Source: Polyangiaceae bacterium
GTDB lineage: Bacteria; Myxococcota_A; Polyangia; Polyangiales; Polyangiaceae
Reading direction: 5' to 3'
DNA length: 64,000 nt
Assembly (NCBI GenBank): GCA_035063585.1
Contig: JAPSGB010000006.1
Span: forward strand, 64,001-128,000
Shown: one piece after another, positions 9,321 through 19,531 of the stretch
Layout: each line of letters begins with the position of its first letter
How positions within the stretch are numbered: position 1 is the stretch's first letter
Position numbers and translations under genes: made by a program
The notes under the pieces: generated by a model
The model's database searches: none
What the model was told of the DNA's origin: nothing
What the model saw: the letters and a program-made list of their open reading frames with translations, nothing else

Positions 9321-10013
9321 ATGACGATGAACAAGCGCAGCTCGGTTCGGATGTTGGTGGCAGCATTGGGTATGGCGACCGCGATTGGGGCGAGCACCCG
9401 GCCGGCGGCGGCCTGTGGTGACGTCTGGGTGCCGTATATGGACAACGGCATCGACTACCGGCCGCAAGGGGTCTCGCGAGCGGAGCAGGGGTTCGATGAC
9501 GGTAAGATCTACGCCTCGGCCGCCAGCGTGCTTCGCATGATGCCGCACGTCCGCGCGCTCAAGCCTGCGAGCGCGACCATCGTGGCGCGCGCTCAGCGGA
9601 TGCTCGCGCTGGCGGTGGCGCGCTCGAACGGGGCGCTCCCCGTCGAGGGGCAGGTGCCGTGGTGGGTCCAGGGGCGCTGGCTCGGCGGGACGGAGGCCGA
9701 CCGCGCCGCGAACCTCGAGTGGGCGGTGACCACGCTGCGCGGCATCGCAGACACCAAGGCGAAGGACCCCGCGAGCATGACCGATCTCGGCGAGGCGCTG
9801 GCGCGGGTGGACGCGCACAAGGCCGAGGCGCGGTCGGTGCTCGAGGCGCTCGCCAAGAAGGACCTCCTCGCGACGCCGGAGGCGTACGCCGCGCTCGCCG
9901 AGCTCCGCGGCGAGTCGGGGGACGCGAGCGGCAAGAAGCTCGCGCTCGCGCGCTGCCAGTCGATGTCGAACGGCGCGGCCGTCTGCCGCGACGCGACCGC
10001 CCACACCGGCTGA
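9321..10013 (+). CDS. Secreted helical (TPR-like) hypothetical protein
   Basis: RBS GAGGAG; signal peptide ending PAAA-C; Ala/Leu-rich helical repeats (DLGEALA, EAYAALA). Confidence 0.75.
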   Translation: MTMNKRSSVRMLVAALGMATAIGASTRPAAACGDVWVPYMDNGIDYRPQGVSRAEQGFDDGKIYASAASVLRMMPHVRALKPASATIVARAQRMLALAVARSNGALPVEGQVPWWVQGRWLGGTEADRAANLEWAVTTLRGIADTKAKDPASMTDLGEALARVDAHKAEARSVLEALAKKDLLATPEAYAALAELRGESGDASGKKLALARCQSMSNGAAVCRDATAHTG

Positions 10014-10020
10014 GCGCACC

Positions 10021-11289
10021 GTGACGTCGCGCGCGCTCTCGCTCATCCTCCTCGCGCTCGGGCTGCTCTCCGTCGGCTGCAGCACCGAGCGCGACGAGGC
10101 GCGGCCGTCCTCGAGCGCGGCGCCGTTCGCGAGCGCGGCGCCCGCGACGCTCGCGCCGGGAGCGGCGGAGCGCGCCCCGGGGGACGTCGAGCGCGGGCGG
10201 GCGCTGGCCCTGCGCTTCGAGTGCAACCGCTGTCACGAGGGGACCGGGCTCGCGGCACCCGAGACCGCCAAGGCGTGCGTCGGATGCCATCAAGAGATCA
10301 TCGCGGGCACGTTCAAGGCGCCGAAATCCGCGCTCGCGCGCTGGAGACCGAACCTGCTCGGGGTGGAGTTCGCGCCGTCGCTCGCGGCCACCGGCAAGCG
10401 GCTGCGTCGCGACTGGATCGAGGCGTACCTGCTCGCGCCGCGCGATCTTCGACCCGGGCTGGTGTCCACCATGCCGCGCCTCGCCTTGAGCCGCGCGGAG
10501 GCGCGCGATCTCGCGGCGTACCTCGTCCGCGACGCCGGCCGCGCCGAACCGGCATCTCTCGAAGGCGCCGATCTCGGGCGAGGCCGTGAGCTCCTCGAGA
10601 CCAAGGCGTGCGGCGCGTGTCACACCTTCAGCGGAGTCGAGGCGCTGCCCATCGCGCCGTCGCCGGAGGCAGGCCGGGGCTCGGCGGGGATCGCGCTCGC
10701 GCCCGATCTACGCTTCGCGCGCGAGCGGTTCGAGCCCGCGCGGCTCGTCGCGTGGTTGCTGGATCCTCCCGCGGTGAAGCCGGGCACGCCGATGCCGAAG
10801 CTCGGGTTCACCAAGGACGAGGCGCGGGATCTCGCCGCCTACATCCTCGAGACGCCGCTCGCGCCGCTCGCGCAGACGCAGCTCCCCGCGCGGCTCCCGC
10901 TGCTCGACCGTCCCGTGCGCTTCGCTGAGGTGCAGGAGCGCGTGCTCGGCAAGATTTGCCAGCACTGCCACGGCAACCCGGACGTCGCGCTCGGGGATGG
11001 CGGCCCGGGGAATACCGGCGGATTCGGCTTTCGGCCACGACGGCTCGAGCTCACCAGTCACCGCGCGGTGTCGGCAGGCTTGCTCGACGACCACGGCGAG
11101 CGGCGGAGCGTGTTCGAGAAGACGGCGGACGGGACGCCGCTCCTCGTCGCTGCGCTCCTCGCGCGACGCGCGGAGGAGGCCGGGAAGTTCGATCCTGCCG
11201 TGCGCGGTATGCCGCTCGGGCTCCCGCCGCTCCCCGCGGAGGACATCCAGCTCGTCGAGAGCTGGGTGGCGCAGGGGCGACCGCGGTAG
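10021..11289 (+). CDS. Multiheme c-type cytochrome lipoprotein
   Basis: Lipobox SVGC; four CxxCH motifs (CNRCH, CVGCH, CGACH, CQHCH); APSL/APDL and MP axial-ligand motifs. Confidence 0.9.
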   Translation: MTSRALSLILLALGLLSVGCSTERDEARPSSSAAPFASAAPATLAPGAAERAPGDVERGRALALRFECNRCHEGTGLAAPETAKACVGCHQEIIAGTFKAPKSALARWRPNLLGVEFAPSLAATGKRLRRDWIEAYLLAPRDLRPGLVSTMPRLALSRAEARDLAAYLVRDAGRAEPASLEGADLGRGRELLETKACGACHTFSGVEALPIAPSPEAGRGSAGIALAPDLRFARERFEPARLVAWLLDPPAVKPGTPMPKLGFTKDEARDLAAYILETPLAPLAQTQLPARLPLLDRPVRFAEVQERVLGKICQHCHGNPDVALGDGGPGNTGGFGFRPRRLELTSHRAVSAGLLDDHGERRSVFEKTADGTPLLVAALLARRAEEAGKFDPAVRGMPLGLPPLPAEDIQLVESWVAQGRPR

Positions 11290-11295
11290 CGAGGC

Positions 11296-12213
11296 TCAGG
11301 AGACGAGCAGCGAGCAGCGCTCCGCGACGTCTTTGGCGCGCGCGTCGCCTCGACAGTTCACCCAATCGATCGTCTTCGGCGAGATGGCGAGGAGGGCACG
11401 CGTGAGGTCGCCCGAGGCGCCCCACAGCACGACCTGCGCCGCGGCCGGCAGTTCGTCGGCGAGCGCGGCGAGCGCGGTCGCGCGGATCGGCGGAGAGCGG
11501 CAGTCGAACAGGATCGCCACGCGCTCGCGGCCGACCCCGTCGAGCTCGTCGAGCAGGCGCCGGAGGCCTCCGACCGGGACGGCCACCGCCTGCGGCTCGA
11601 GCCACGCGCTCAAGCGCTGCACCGTGTCGGCGTCTCTCGACAGCACCAGCACCCGCGGGAGCTCGGCCGGCGCGGACGACGCAGGCCACGACGATACCGA
11701 CACCGGAACGACCGGCGTGCTCGCATCGGCGCGGATGCGGCCGATCCTCGTCTCGCCCGACGCCGACCCCGCGCCGAGCGGCTCGGCCGGCGGCTTGGTG
11801 ATCGGCCCCGACCACGGCGGCGGCGTCATCATCGCCTGCTCCATGGCGCGGAGCGTCGCGGGGCGCGGGCTCGGGCGCCGCTGCGGCGGACGTGATGAGC
11901 ACGGTGAGGTGCGGACCGCGCGGAGCTGAGAGCTCACCGAGCTGCGACGCTTGGGCCCCGGGTCGGCGCGACCCAGGGCGTCGGTGAGGCGCGCGATCTC
12001 GTCGAGCACCGCGTCGGCGAGCGCCGCTCCCAACCCGCGCTCGAGCACCTGCCGGAGCGGCCCGTCCGAGAAATCACGGAACGCGCGCGGATCGCTCGGG
12101 ATCTCGTCGATCGAGGCGTCACGCAGCGCCTGCACGAGCATCGCGTCGCGCACCGTCGGAGAGACGACGCTGTCGAGGGTCTCGCGGAGCGCGATGGAGA
12201 TCGGTGGTTCCAC
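11296..12213 (-). CDS. Hypothetical protein with possible degenerate receiver-like C-terminal domain
   Basis: Helical N-terminal domain, Pro/Ser linker, then RVLVLSRD..VAILFDC..VVLWG alpha/beta pattern. Confidence 0.65.
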   Translation of the reverse strand: MEPPISIALRETLDSVVSPTVRDAMLVQALRDASIDEIPSDPRAFRDFSDGPLRQVLERGLGAALADAVLDEIARLTDALGRADPGPKRRSSVSSQLRAVRTSPCSSRPPQRRPSPRPATLRAMEQAMMTPPPWSGPITKPPAEPLGAGSASGETRIGRIRADASTPVVPVSVSSWPASSAPAELPRVLVLSRDADTVQRLSAWLEPQAVAVPVGGLRRLLDELDGVGRERVAILFDCRSPPIRATALAALADELPAAAQVVLWGASGDLTRALLAISPKTIDWVNCRGDARAKDVAERCSLLVS

Positions 12214-12419
12214 GACTAGGCCGAACCGACGCCGAGCTGGCGTCGCGCAGTGACTCTTCGAGTTTAGTCACGAAACTGGACGCACGCCCGAACATCCGAA
12301 GTCTCTCGGCTTTGTCCGGCTGGCCGAGCCAGGCGCACCCAAGCTCATGGAACTCTGCGAAGTTTCATGGCTTTGTTCGCTGATTGCGGCGGAGCCACCG
12401 GTGGTTATGGTGGAGCCCT

Positions 12420-12779
12420 ATGACGAATGTCGTATTGTCGTGGCTGATCCTGAGCGTGTCGGTCTGGATCATCTCGCGCGTCCTGCCTGGTTTCCAGGTG
12501 AAGGGGTTTGGCGCAGCGATCGGGGTGGCCGCGATCTTCGGGCTCCTGAGCTGGCTCATCGGGTGGCTCCTGTTCATCGTGATCGGCATCGGCACGCTCG
12601 GGGTCGGGTTCCTGCTCGCGTTCGTCACGCGTTGGATCGTAAACGCAATCTTGCTCAAGCTGACGGACGCGCTCACGGACAAGCTCACCATCAAGAGCTT
12701 CTCCACGGCGTTGGTCGCCGGGCTCTTGATGAGCGCGCTCGGCACGCTCGGCCAGTGGGCGCTCAGCGGCTTGGTGTGA
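12420..12779 (+). CDS. Four-TM membrane protein, YvlD/DUF360 (Phage_holin_4_2) family
   Basis: LPGFQVKGFGAAIGVAAIFG, IVNAILLKLT, IKSFSTAL pattern. Confidence 0.85.
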   Translation: MTNVVLSWLILSVSVWIISRVLPGFQVKGFGAAIGVAAIFGLLSWLIGWLLFIVIGIGTLGVGFLLAFVTRWIVNAILLKLTDALTDKLTIKSFSTALVAGLLMSALGTLGQWALSGLV

Positions 12780-12798
12780 GCGCGCGCGCCGTGCTTGA

Positions 12799-13485
12799 AT
12801 GAGCGCGCTGATGGCCGAGCTCTACCTGAGACAGCTCCTCATGGGTCGCGACGTCGCCAAAGGGCAGCGCGCCGCGAAGATGATGCAGAACTTCGTGTAC
12901 CTGGTCGGAGATCGCGACGCCGGCGAGTGTGTCGTCATCGATCCGGCGTGGGACGTGGCCGGGATCCTCGAGATCGCGCGGGGCGATGACATGAAGCTGG
13001 TCGGAGCGCTCGCCACTCACTATCACCCGGACCACGTCGGTGGTTCGATCTTCGGGCTCGACATCGAGGGCCTGGCGTTCCTCCTCGGAGAGAACCCCTG
13101 CAAGGTCCACGCGCACAAGCTCGAGACGGCGGGGATTCGCCAGGTCACCGGCCTCTCGCCGTCGGATTTCGTCGAGCACGACTCGGGCGATCGCATTCGG
13201 GTCGGCGGCGTGGAGGTAGAGCTCTTGCACACGCCCGGTCACACGCCGGGCTCGAGCTGCTACCGCGTGAAGGACGCGCTCCTCGCCGGAGACACGCTCT
13301 TCTTGCAAGGTTGCGGGCGGGTGGACTTGCCTGGTGGAGATCCCGACGAGATGCGCCGGACCCTGACCCAGCGCCTCTCGACCATTCCGGGTGATACCAT
13401 CCTCTATCCGGGGCACGCCTACGGCGGCGAGCACGCGCCCATGGCGGAGGTGCGCCGCACCAACCCATACCTGCAGATGGATTGA
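12799..13485 (+). CDS. MBL-fold metallo-hydrolase (glyoxalase II-like)
   Basis: THYHPDHVGG, HTPGHTPG, GDTLF..GCGR, YPGH. Confidence 0.92.
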   Translation: MSALMAELYLRQLLMGRDVAKGQRAAKMMQNFVYLVGDRDAGECVVIDPAWDVAGILEIARGDDMKLVGALATHYHPDHVGGSIFGLDIEGLAFLLGENPCKVHAHKLETAGIRQVTGLSPSDFVEHDSGDRIRVGGVEVELLHTPGHTPGSSCYRVKDALLAGDTLFLQGCGRVDLPGGDPDEMRRTLTQRLSTIPGDTILYPGHAYGGEHAPMAEVRRTNPYLQMD

Positions 13486-13494
13486 GCCGGGCGC

Positions 13495-15171
13495 TCAGCT
13501 CCGCGACAACTTCTTGTACTTGATGCGCCGCGGCTGATCGGCGTCGGTGCCGAGGCGCCGGTGACGATCCGCCTCGTACGCCTGATAGTTCCCCTCGAAC
13601 CACACGACCTGACTGTCGCCCTCGAAGGCCAGCATGTGGGTCGCGATGCGATCCAGGAACCAGCGGTCGTGGCTGATGACCACCGCGCAGCCCGGGAAGC
13701 CGAGCAGCGCCTCCTCGAGCGCGCGCAGGGTGTCGACGTCGAGATCATTGGTGGGCTCGTCGAGCAGGAGCAGGTTGCCGCCTTGCTTCAAGAGCTTGGC
13801 GAGATGGACGCGGTTCCGCTCTCCCCCCGACAGGCTCCCGACGCGTTTCTGCTGATCACTGCCGCGGAACCCGAACCACGAGCAGTAGGCGCGCGAGGAG
13901 ACCTCGCGCTTGCCGAGCTCGATCTTCTCCTCGCCCCCGCTCACCTCTTGCCACACGCTGTTGTCTCCGGAGAGCGCCTCGCGACTCTGATCGACGTAGG
14001 CCACCTGCACCGTCTCGCCGACCACGAGCGCGCCCTCATCGGGCGCGTCTTCCCCCACCAGCATGCGAAAGAGCGTGGTCTTACCGGCGCCGTTCGGGCC
14101 GATGACCCCCACGATTCCGCTCCGCGGCAGGCGAAAGTCCAGGTGATCGATGAGCAGTCGCTCGCCAAACCCCTTGGTGAGCCCCTTGGCTTCGATGACC
14201 AGATCGCCGAGTCGAGGTCCGGGCGGGATGCCGATCTCGGTCGGGTCGCTCGGGCCCTTGTTCGCCTGCGCCATGAGGTCCTCGTAAGCCGTGAGGCGCG
14301 CCTTGCTCTTCGCCTGACGCGCGCGCGGCGAGGCGCGCACCCAGTCGAGCTCTTGCTTCAGCTTGCGCTGCCGCGCGCTCTCTTGCTTCTCCTCGACCGC
14401 GAGCCGCGCCGACTTCTGCTCGAGCCAACCCGAGTAGTTGCCCTTGAACGGGTACCCGTGGCCGCGATCGAGCTCGAGGATCCACTCGGCCACGTCGTCG
14501 AGGAAATAGCGATCGTGGGTCACCGCCACGACGGTACCCGGGTAGTCATGCAGGAAGCGCTCGAGCCAAGCGACGCTCTCGGCGTCGAGGTGGTTGGTCG
14601 GCTCGTCGAGCAGGAGCATGTCGGGCCGCTCGAGCAACACGCGGCAGAGCGCGACGCGCCGCTTCTCACCTCCGGAGAGCGTGGCGATCGCTGCGTCACC
14701 CGGCGGCAGACGGAGCGCGTCCATCGCCTGCTCGAGGTGTGAGTCGAGGCTCCAGAGATCGGCCGCGTCGATGGCGTCCTGGAGCGCGCCCTGCTTCTCG
14801 AGCAACGCGCTCATCTCGTCGTCGCTCATCGGCTCGCCGAGCTTCATGCTGAGCGCCTCGAACTCGGTGAGCAGCGCACGCTTCTCGCGCACGGCCTGCT
14901 CGACCGCGTCCTTCACCGTGACCGCGTCGCCCAGCTCTGGTTCCTGAGCGAAATATCCTATCTTGGTCCCAGGGTGCGGCGCCGCCTCGCCGAGGAACTC
15001 GTGATCGACCCCGGCCATGATCCGGAGCAGCGAGCTCTTTCCCGAGCCGTTCGAGCCGATGACGCCGATCTTGGCGCCCGGGAAGAACGCCAGCGTGATA
15101 TCGGAGAGGACCTTCTTGTCCGGCGGGTGGACTTTGGTCACCTCCCGCATCGTGAAAATGAACTCGGGCAT
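13495..15171 (-). CDS. ettA: Energy-dependent translational throttle protein EttA (ABC-F)
   Basis: Two ABC domains without TM segments; FFPGAKIG, LSGGEKRRVALC, PRARQAKSKARL, LSGGERNRVHLAK, C-terminal RIKYKKL. Confidence 0.95.
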   Translation of the reverse strand: MPEFIFTMREVTKVHPPDKKVLSDITLAFFPGAKIGVIGSNGSGKSSLLRIMAGVDHEFLGEAAPHPGTKIGYFAQEPELGDAVTVKDAVEQAVREKRALLTEFEALSMKLGEPMSDDEMSALLEKQGALQDAIDAADLWSLDSHLEQAMDALRLPPGDAAIATLSGGEKRRVALCRVLLERPDMLLLDEPTNHLDAESVAWLERFLHDYPGTVVAVTHDRYFLDDVAEWILELDRGHGYPFKGNYSGWLEQKSARLAVEEKQESARQRKLKQELDWVRASPRARQAKSKARLTAYEDLMAQANKGPSDPTEIGIPPGPRLGDLVIEAKGLTKGFGERLLIDHLDFRLPRSGIVGVIGPNGAGKTTLFRMLVGEDAPDEGALVVGETVQVAYVDQSREALSGDNSVWQEVSGGEEKIELGKREVSSRAYCSWFGFRGSDQQKRVGSLSGGERNRVHLAKLLKQGGNLLLLDEPTNDLDVDTLRALEEALLGFPGCAVVISHDRWFLDRIATHMLAFEGDSQVVWFEGNYQAYEADRHRRLGTDADQPRRIKYKKLSRS

Positions 15172-15267
15172 GGCCGGGCGGAGCATATCCGGTTCCCTTC
15201 CCGGCGCCAGCCGCCGGCGGCGAGCCGGTGCGCCCGCCGCGCGGCCGCGACGAGGCGCGCGTGGTCA

Positions 15268-16017
15268 CTACGCGCAGTCGGGGAAGACCTCGCGAAAGAG
15301 CGCCGCGCCGACGAGCGCGTGTCCCCGCTGTCCCCAGTGCACGGAGTCGTCCGCGAAGCGGCGGTATGCCGGGCAGAGCTCGTCCGGATCCCCGCAGGAG
15401 AGGAGCGGATACGTATCGAGCGCGTGGTCGACCGCGCCGATCGCGGCCTGCGCGCGGATCCAGACGTCGAGCGAGCGCGTCGCGGCGAGGCGACGATCGT
15501 CGACGCCGCGGAGCTTGCCCCAGGGCGCAATCGTCAGCGCCACCACCGCGACGCCGCGCTCGCGTGCGGTGCGATACATGGCCCGCAAGTTCTCCTCGAT
15601 CGCCTTCACCCGCGCGTCGCGGATGCTCCCGGCGAGCAGGTCATTGACCCCGCCGAGGATGAGCACGTGCGTGTACGCCGGCTTCGGCGCCACGCCGCCG
15701 GCCGAGCCGTCACCGAACACGTCCCGCGCGAAGCGGGCGCGCATGTGGCGAGTCTGCTGCCCGCCGATCCCGTAAGCGTCGAAGCGACTCTCGGGGCAGC
15801 GCAGCGCGAGCTCCTTCAAGTAGAGCCCGCCGCCGGCGCGGGGATCGGTGAGGGAGTCTCCGATGGCCGCGACGACGTAGCGCTTCTTGGGGGTTGGTCG
15901 GTCCGGCGCGGAACCGCGGGGCTCGCCCGCGCCCTCGGCGTTCGCGCGCCCCGCGAGGAGGCCGGTCGCGAGCGCGAGGAGCGCTGCCGACCGGAGCACG
16001 GGCCCGCCACGCAACAT
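15268..16017 (-). CDS. Secreted SGNH/GDSL hydrolase
   Basis: Signal peptide; IGDSLT, GIGG, LGGVND, DSVH blocks. Confidence 0.88.
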   Translation of the reverse strand: MLRGGPVLRSAALLALATGLLAGRANAEGAGEPRGSAPDRPTPKKRYVVAAIGDSLTDPRAGGGLYLKELALRCPESRFDAYGIGGQQTRHMRARFARDVFGDGSAGGVAPKPAYTHVLILGGVNDLLAGSIRDARVKAIEENLRAMYRTARERGVAVVALTIAPWGKLRGVDDRRLAATRSLDVWIRAQAAIGAVDHALDTYPLLSCGDPDELCPAYRRFADDSVHWGQRGHALVGAALFREVFPDCA

Positions 16018-16070
16018 GACCTGATGAGGATAGCGTTCGGCGGCGCGCCCGACCAACTTCGAGGCTCCGC

Positions 16071-16134
16071 GCGAACGGCCGCGAACGGCCACGCGCGAGC
16101 GGCCACGCGCGAGCGGCCGCGCCCGAGCGGCCGC
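16071..16134. repeat. Intergenic imperfect tandem repeat, five copies of CGA(A/G)CGGCC
   Basis: gcgaacggcc gcgaacggccacgc gcgagcggccacgc gcgagcggccgcgc ccgagcggcc. Confidence 0.7.
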
Positions 16135-16313
16135 TCCCGCGTCGACGTGCCGACCGCGGAGGTCACCATCTGGTCGGTGAAACGCCGGTAGGCGCGCGTC
16201 GAACCGCGGTTCCGCGGCGGACCGACCAGAAGACCCCGAGAGACCTGCAGCGGAGTCTCGCAGGGAGAGGCGCGATTGCGGAGCCGCGAGCGCGGGGCGT
16301 GTCGAGACGCGCC

Positions 16314-17735
16314 TCAGGCCGCGCTGGCGCTCGCGCCGCTCCGGAGATCGCCGAGGATGGCGTCCACGTTCTTCTTCGCGTCGCCGAAGAGCATGCGAGT
16401 GTTGTCTTTGTAGAAGAGCGCGTTGTCGACGCCGGCGTAGCCGGCGGCCATGCTGCGCTTCATCACGACACTCGTCTTCGCCTTCCAGACCTCGAGCACG
16501 GGCATGCCGTAGATCGGACTCGACGGATCCTCGAGAGCGCCGGGATTCACGATGTCGTTGGCGCCGATCACGAGCACCACGTCCGTCTCGGGGAAATCCG
16601 CGTTGATCTCCTCCATCTCGAGCACGATGTCGTAAGGGACCTTCGCCTCGGCGAGCAGCACGTTCATGTGGCCCGGCAAGCGACCCGCGACCGGGTGGAT
16701 CGCAAAGCGCACGTTCGCTCCGCGCTCGCGCAGGAGCTCAGCGACCTCGTAGATCGGGTACTGCGCGTGTGCGACCGCCATGCCGTAGCCAGGCACGATG
16801 ACCACGCTCTTGGCCGCCAGCAGCAACTCCGCCGTCTCACTCGCGGTGATCGGCACCACGCTGCCCTGGGGCGCGCCCGCGGACGCCGCCGGCGCAGCGC
16901 CCTCGTCGGCTCCAAACCCGCCGAAGATCACGTTGACGATGGAGCGGTTCATCGCCTTGCACATGATGGTGCTGAGGATCGCGCCGCTCGAGCCGACCAG
17001 CGCGCCGGTGATGATCAAGAGATCGTTGCCGAGCATGAAGCCGGCGGCCGCTGCGGCCCAACCCGAGTAGCTGTTGAGGAGCGAGACGACCACCGGCATG
17101 TCGGCGCCGCCGATCGCCATCACGAGGTGCGCTCCGAGCACGCAGGCAAGCGCCGTCATCACGCCGAGCGACACGAGCGCGGACTCGAGCGGCGCGCCGA
17201 GGAAGCGCGCGCCCATCCACACGCTCGCGGCGACCATCGCGAGGTTCACCCAGTGGCGCCCGGGGAGAACGAGCGGCTTACTGCGGATCTTTCCCTTGAG
17301 CTTGCCGAAGGCGATGACGGAGCCAGTGAAGGTGACGGCTCCGATGAACACCCCGACGAAGATCTCGAGCTCGTGAATGGTGCGTTCGACGCCGGTGAGC
17401 TGGTGCGACTCGTCGAGGAAGCTCGCGAAGCCGACCAGCACGGCGGCCGCGCCGACGAAGCTGTGCAGGATCGCGACCAGCTCGGGCATGCTCGTCATCT
17501 CGACCCGAGCCGCGAGCACCGCGCCGATGAGAGCCCCGAGCCCGAGCGCGACCGCGAGGATCCCGTAGCCGTGGACGCGCTCGGCGCCCGCCGTCACGAC
17601 CAGCGCGATGATCATGCCGATCATCCCGAACGCGTTGCCCCGCCGCGCGGTCGTCTGTCGCGAGAGCCCGCCCAGGCTCGAGATGAAGAGCACGCCGGCG
17701 GCGATATAGGCGACGGTGATGAGACCCTGGGGCAT
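16314..17735 (-). CDS. pntB: NAD(P) transhydrogenase subunit beta
   Basis: [59 protein letters not shown]. Confidence 0.97.
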   Translation of the reverse strand: MPQGLITVAYIAAGVLFISSLGGLSRQTTARRGNAFGMIGMIIALVVTAGAERVHGYGILAVALGLGALIGAVLAARVEMTSMPELVAILHSFVGAAAVLVGFASFLDESHQLTGVERTIHELEIFVGVFIGAVTFTGSVIAFGKLKGKIRSKPLVLPGRHWVNLAMVAASVWMGARFLGAPLESALVSLGVMTALACVLGAHLVMAIGGADMPVVVSLLNSYSGWAAAAAGFMLGNDLLIITGALVGSSGAILSTIMCKAMNRSIVNVIFGGFGADEGAAPAASAGAPQGSVVPITASETAELLLAAKSVVIVPGYGMAVAHAQYPIYEVAELLRERGANVRFAIHPVAGRLPGHMNVLLAEAKVPYDIVLEMEEINADFPETDVVLVIGANDIVNPGALEDPSSPIYGMPVLEVWKAKTSVVMKRSMAAGYAGVDNALFYKDNTRMLFGDAKKNVDAILGDLRSGASASAA

Positions 17736-17739
17736 CAGG

Positions 17740-19314
17740 TCACCTCCGGAACATCCGTAGCATTCGGTGGGTCACGAGGAACCCGCCGGCGATGTTGATG
17801 GTCGCGAGGAGCACTGCCGCGGCGCCGAGCACAGTCACGGCGGTGAGCGAGTTCGAGCCGAGCTCGAGCATGCCACCGACCAGGATGATGCCGCTGATGG
17901 CGTTGGTGACGCTCATCAGCGGCGTGTGGAGCGCCGGGGTCACGTTCCAGATCACCTGCCAGCCGATGAAGCAGGCGAGCACGAACACGGTGAAATGAGC
18001 CAGAAACTCGGGGGGCGCGGAGAGCCCGAGCCCGATGAGCCCGAGCCCGAGCGCGCCGAGCGCGAGGACGCTCGCGAACCCGGAGGATTTCGCCGCCTGC
18101 TCTGTTGCCCCTTCCTTGGGGTGGTGCGCGACCGGCGGAGGCGGCAGGCTGCGCTGAGGGAGCGGCTGCTCCGGGGCCGCCTTGGGCGGCGGCGGCCACA
18201 TGAGCTCACCCTTCAGGAGCACGAGCGCGTCGCGGACCACGTCGTCGTCGAGGTCGACGTGCCAGTTCGCAGAGCCGCCCATGTCGGTGAGCAGGTGATA
18301 GAGGTTGTTGCCGTAGAGCTGACTCGCCGTCGGCGCGAGCCGGCTCGGCAGATCGACGTAGCCGATGATGGTGACATCGTGCGCGCGCGTCACCTCCTGG
18401 GGCTTGGTGAGCGCGCAGTTGCCGCCATTTTCGGCGGCCAGATCCACGATCACCGACCCCGGCTTCATGCTCGCGACCATCTCCTTGGTGATGAGCACGG
18501 GCGCCGCCTTGCCGGGGATGAGCGCCGTCGTGATGATGATGTCGACGTCCTTGGCCTGCGCGGCAAAGAGCTTCATCTCGGCTTCGATGAACTCCGCGCT
18601 CATGGTCTTCGCGTAGCCACCCTCCCCCGTGCCGTCCTCGCGGAAGGAGAGCTCGAGGAACTCCGCGCCCATGCTGATGACCTGCTCCTTCACCGCCGGA
18701 CGGGTGTCGAAGGCGCGCACGATGGCGCCGAGGCCGCGCGCCGCGCCGATGGCGGCGAGGCCGGCGACCCCCGCGCCGATCACCAGCACCTTGGCGGGCG
18801 GGACCTTGCCGGCGGCGGTCATCTGACCGGTGAAGAATCGTCCGAAGAAGCTCGCCGCCTCGATCACCGCGCGGTAGCCGGCGATGTTCGCCATGCTGCT
18901 GAGCGCGTCCATCTTCTGCGCGCGGGTGATGCGGGGCACCTGGTCGATGGCGATGACGGTCGCCTTGCGCCGGGCCAGGCGCTCGACGAGCTCCTGGTTC
19001 TTCGCGGGCCACAGAAAGCTGATGAGGGTCGTGCCCTCATGCATGAGGTCGGCCTCGTGACGGCTGCGGTTCACGTCGAGCTCGGGCGGCTGGACCTTCA
19101 AGAGGATGTCGGCCGCGGCCCACACCTCCTCGGCGCCCGGCAAGATGGTCGCGCCGACCTCTTGATAGGCCGAGTCGGGAAACGACGCCCGATCACCCGC
19201 GCCCGCCTCGATGAGGACGTCGAAGCCGAGCTTGATGAGGCGCTTCGCGGTGTCCGGCGTGGTCGCAACGCGACGCTCGCCAGGGTGGATCTCGCGGACG
19301 ATGCCGACTTTCAT
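17740..19314 (-). CDS. pntA: NAD(P) transhydrogenase subunit alpha (single-chain type)
   Basis: [60 protein letters not shown]. Confidence 0.97.
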   Translation of the reverse strand: MKVGIVREIHPGERRVATTPDTAKRLIKLGFDVLIEAGAGDRASFPDSAYQEVGATILPGAEEVWAAADILLKVQPPELDVNRSRHEADLMHEGTTLISFLWPAKNQELVERLARRKATVIAIDQVPRITRAQKMDALSSMANIAGYRAVIEAASFFGRFFTGQMTAAGKVPPAKVLVIGAGVAGLAAIGAARGLGAIVRAFDTRPAVKEQVISMGAEFLELSFREDGTGEGGYAKTMSAEFIEAEMKLFAAQAKDVDIIITTALIPGKAAPVLITKEMVASMKPGSVIVDLAAENGGNCALTKPQEVTRAHDVTIIGYVDLPSRLAPTASQLYGNNLYHLLTDMGGSANWHVDLDDDVVRDALVLLKGELMWPPPPKAAPEQPLPQRSLPPPPVAHHPKEGATEQAAKSSGFASVLALGALGLGLIGLGLSAPPEFLAHFTVFVLACFIGWQVIWNVTPALHTPLMSVTNAISGIILVGGMLELGSNSLTAVTVLGAAAVLLATINIAGGFLVTHRMLRMFRR

Positions 19315-19531
19315 GATCGAGTGAGGGACGAAGCGAGGCGCGTCGCGTGCGCGACGGTCGCGGAGCGGTCGGAAGCGGACTCTCCGACCGGCCCCTCCAT
19401 AGCGCACTTCGAGCAGCCGTGGGGACGCTCCGTACCTCAGGCCCGACCCAGCGGGGCGAACGAGGCCTGGTTTCGGCTGGAATGTCGGTCCGGCGCGAAG
19501 CCGACCCGGGTCGGCCGCGCGGTGAGCCGCG

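Noticed and set aside
12420..12779. Holin-family gene as evidence of a prophage
   Set aside because: DUF360 proteins are common chromosomal membrane proteins; no phage genes nearby
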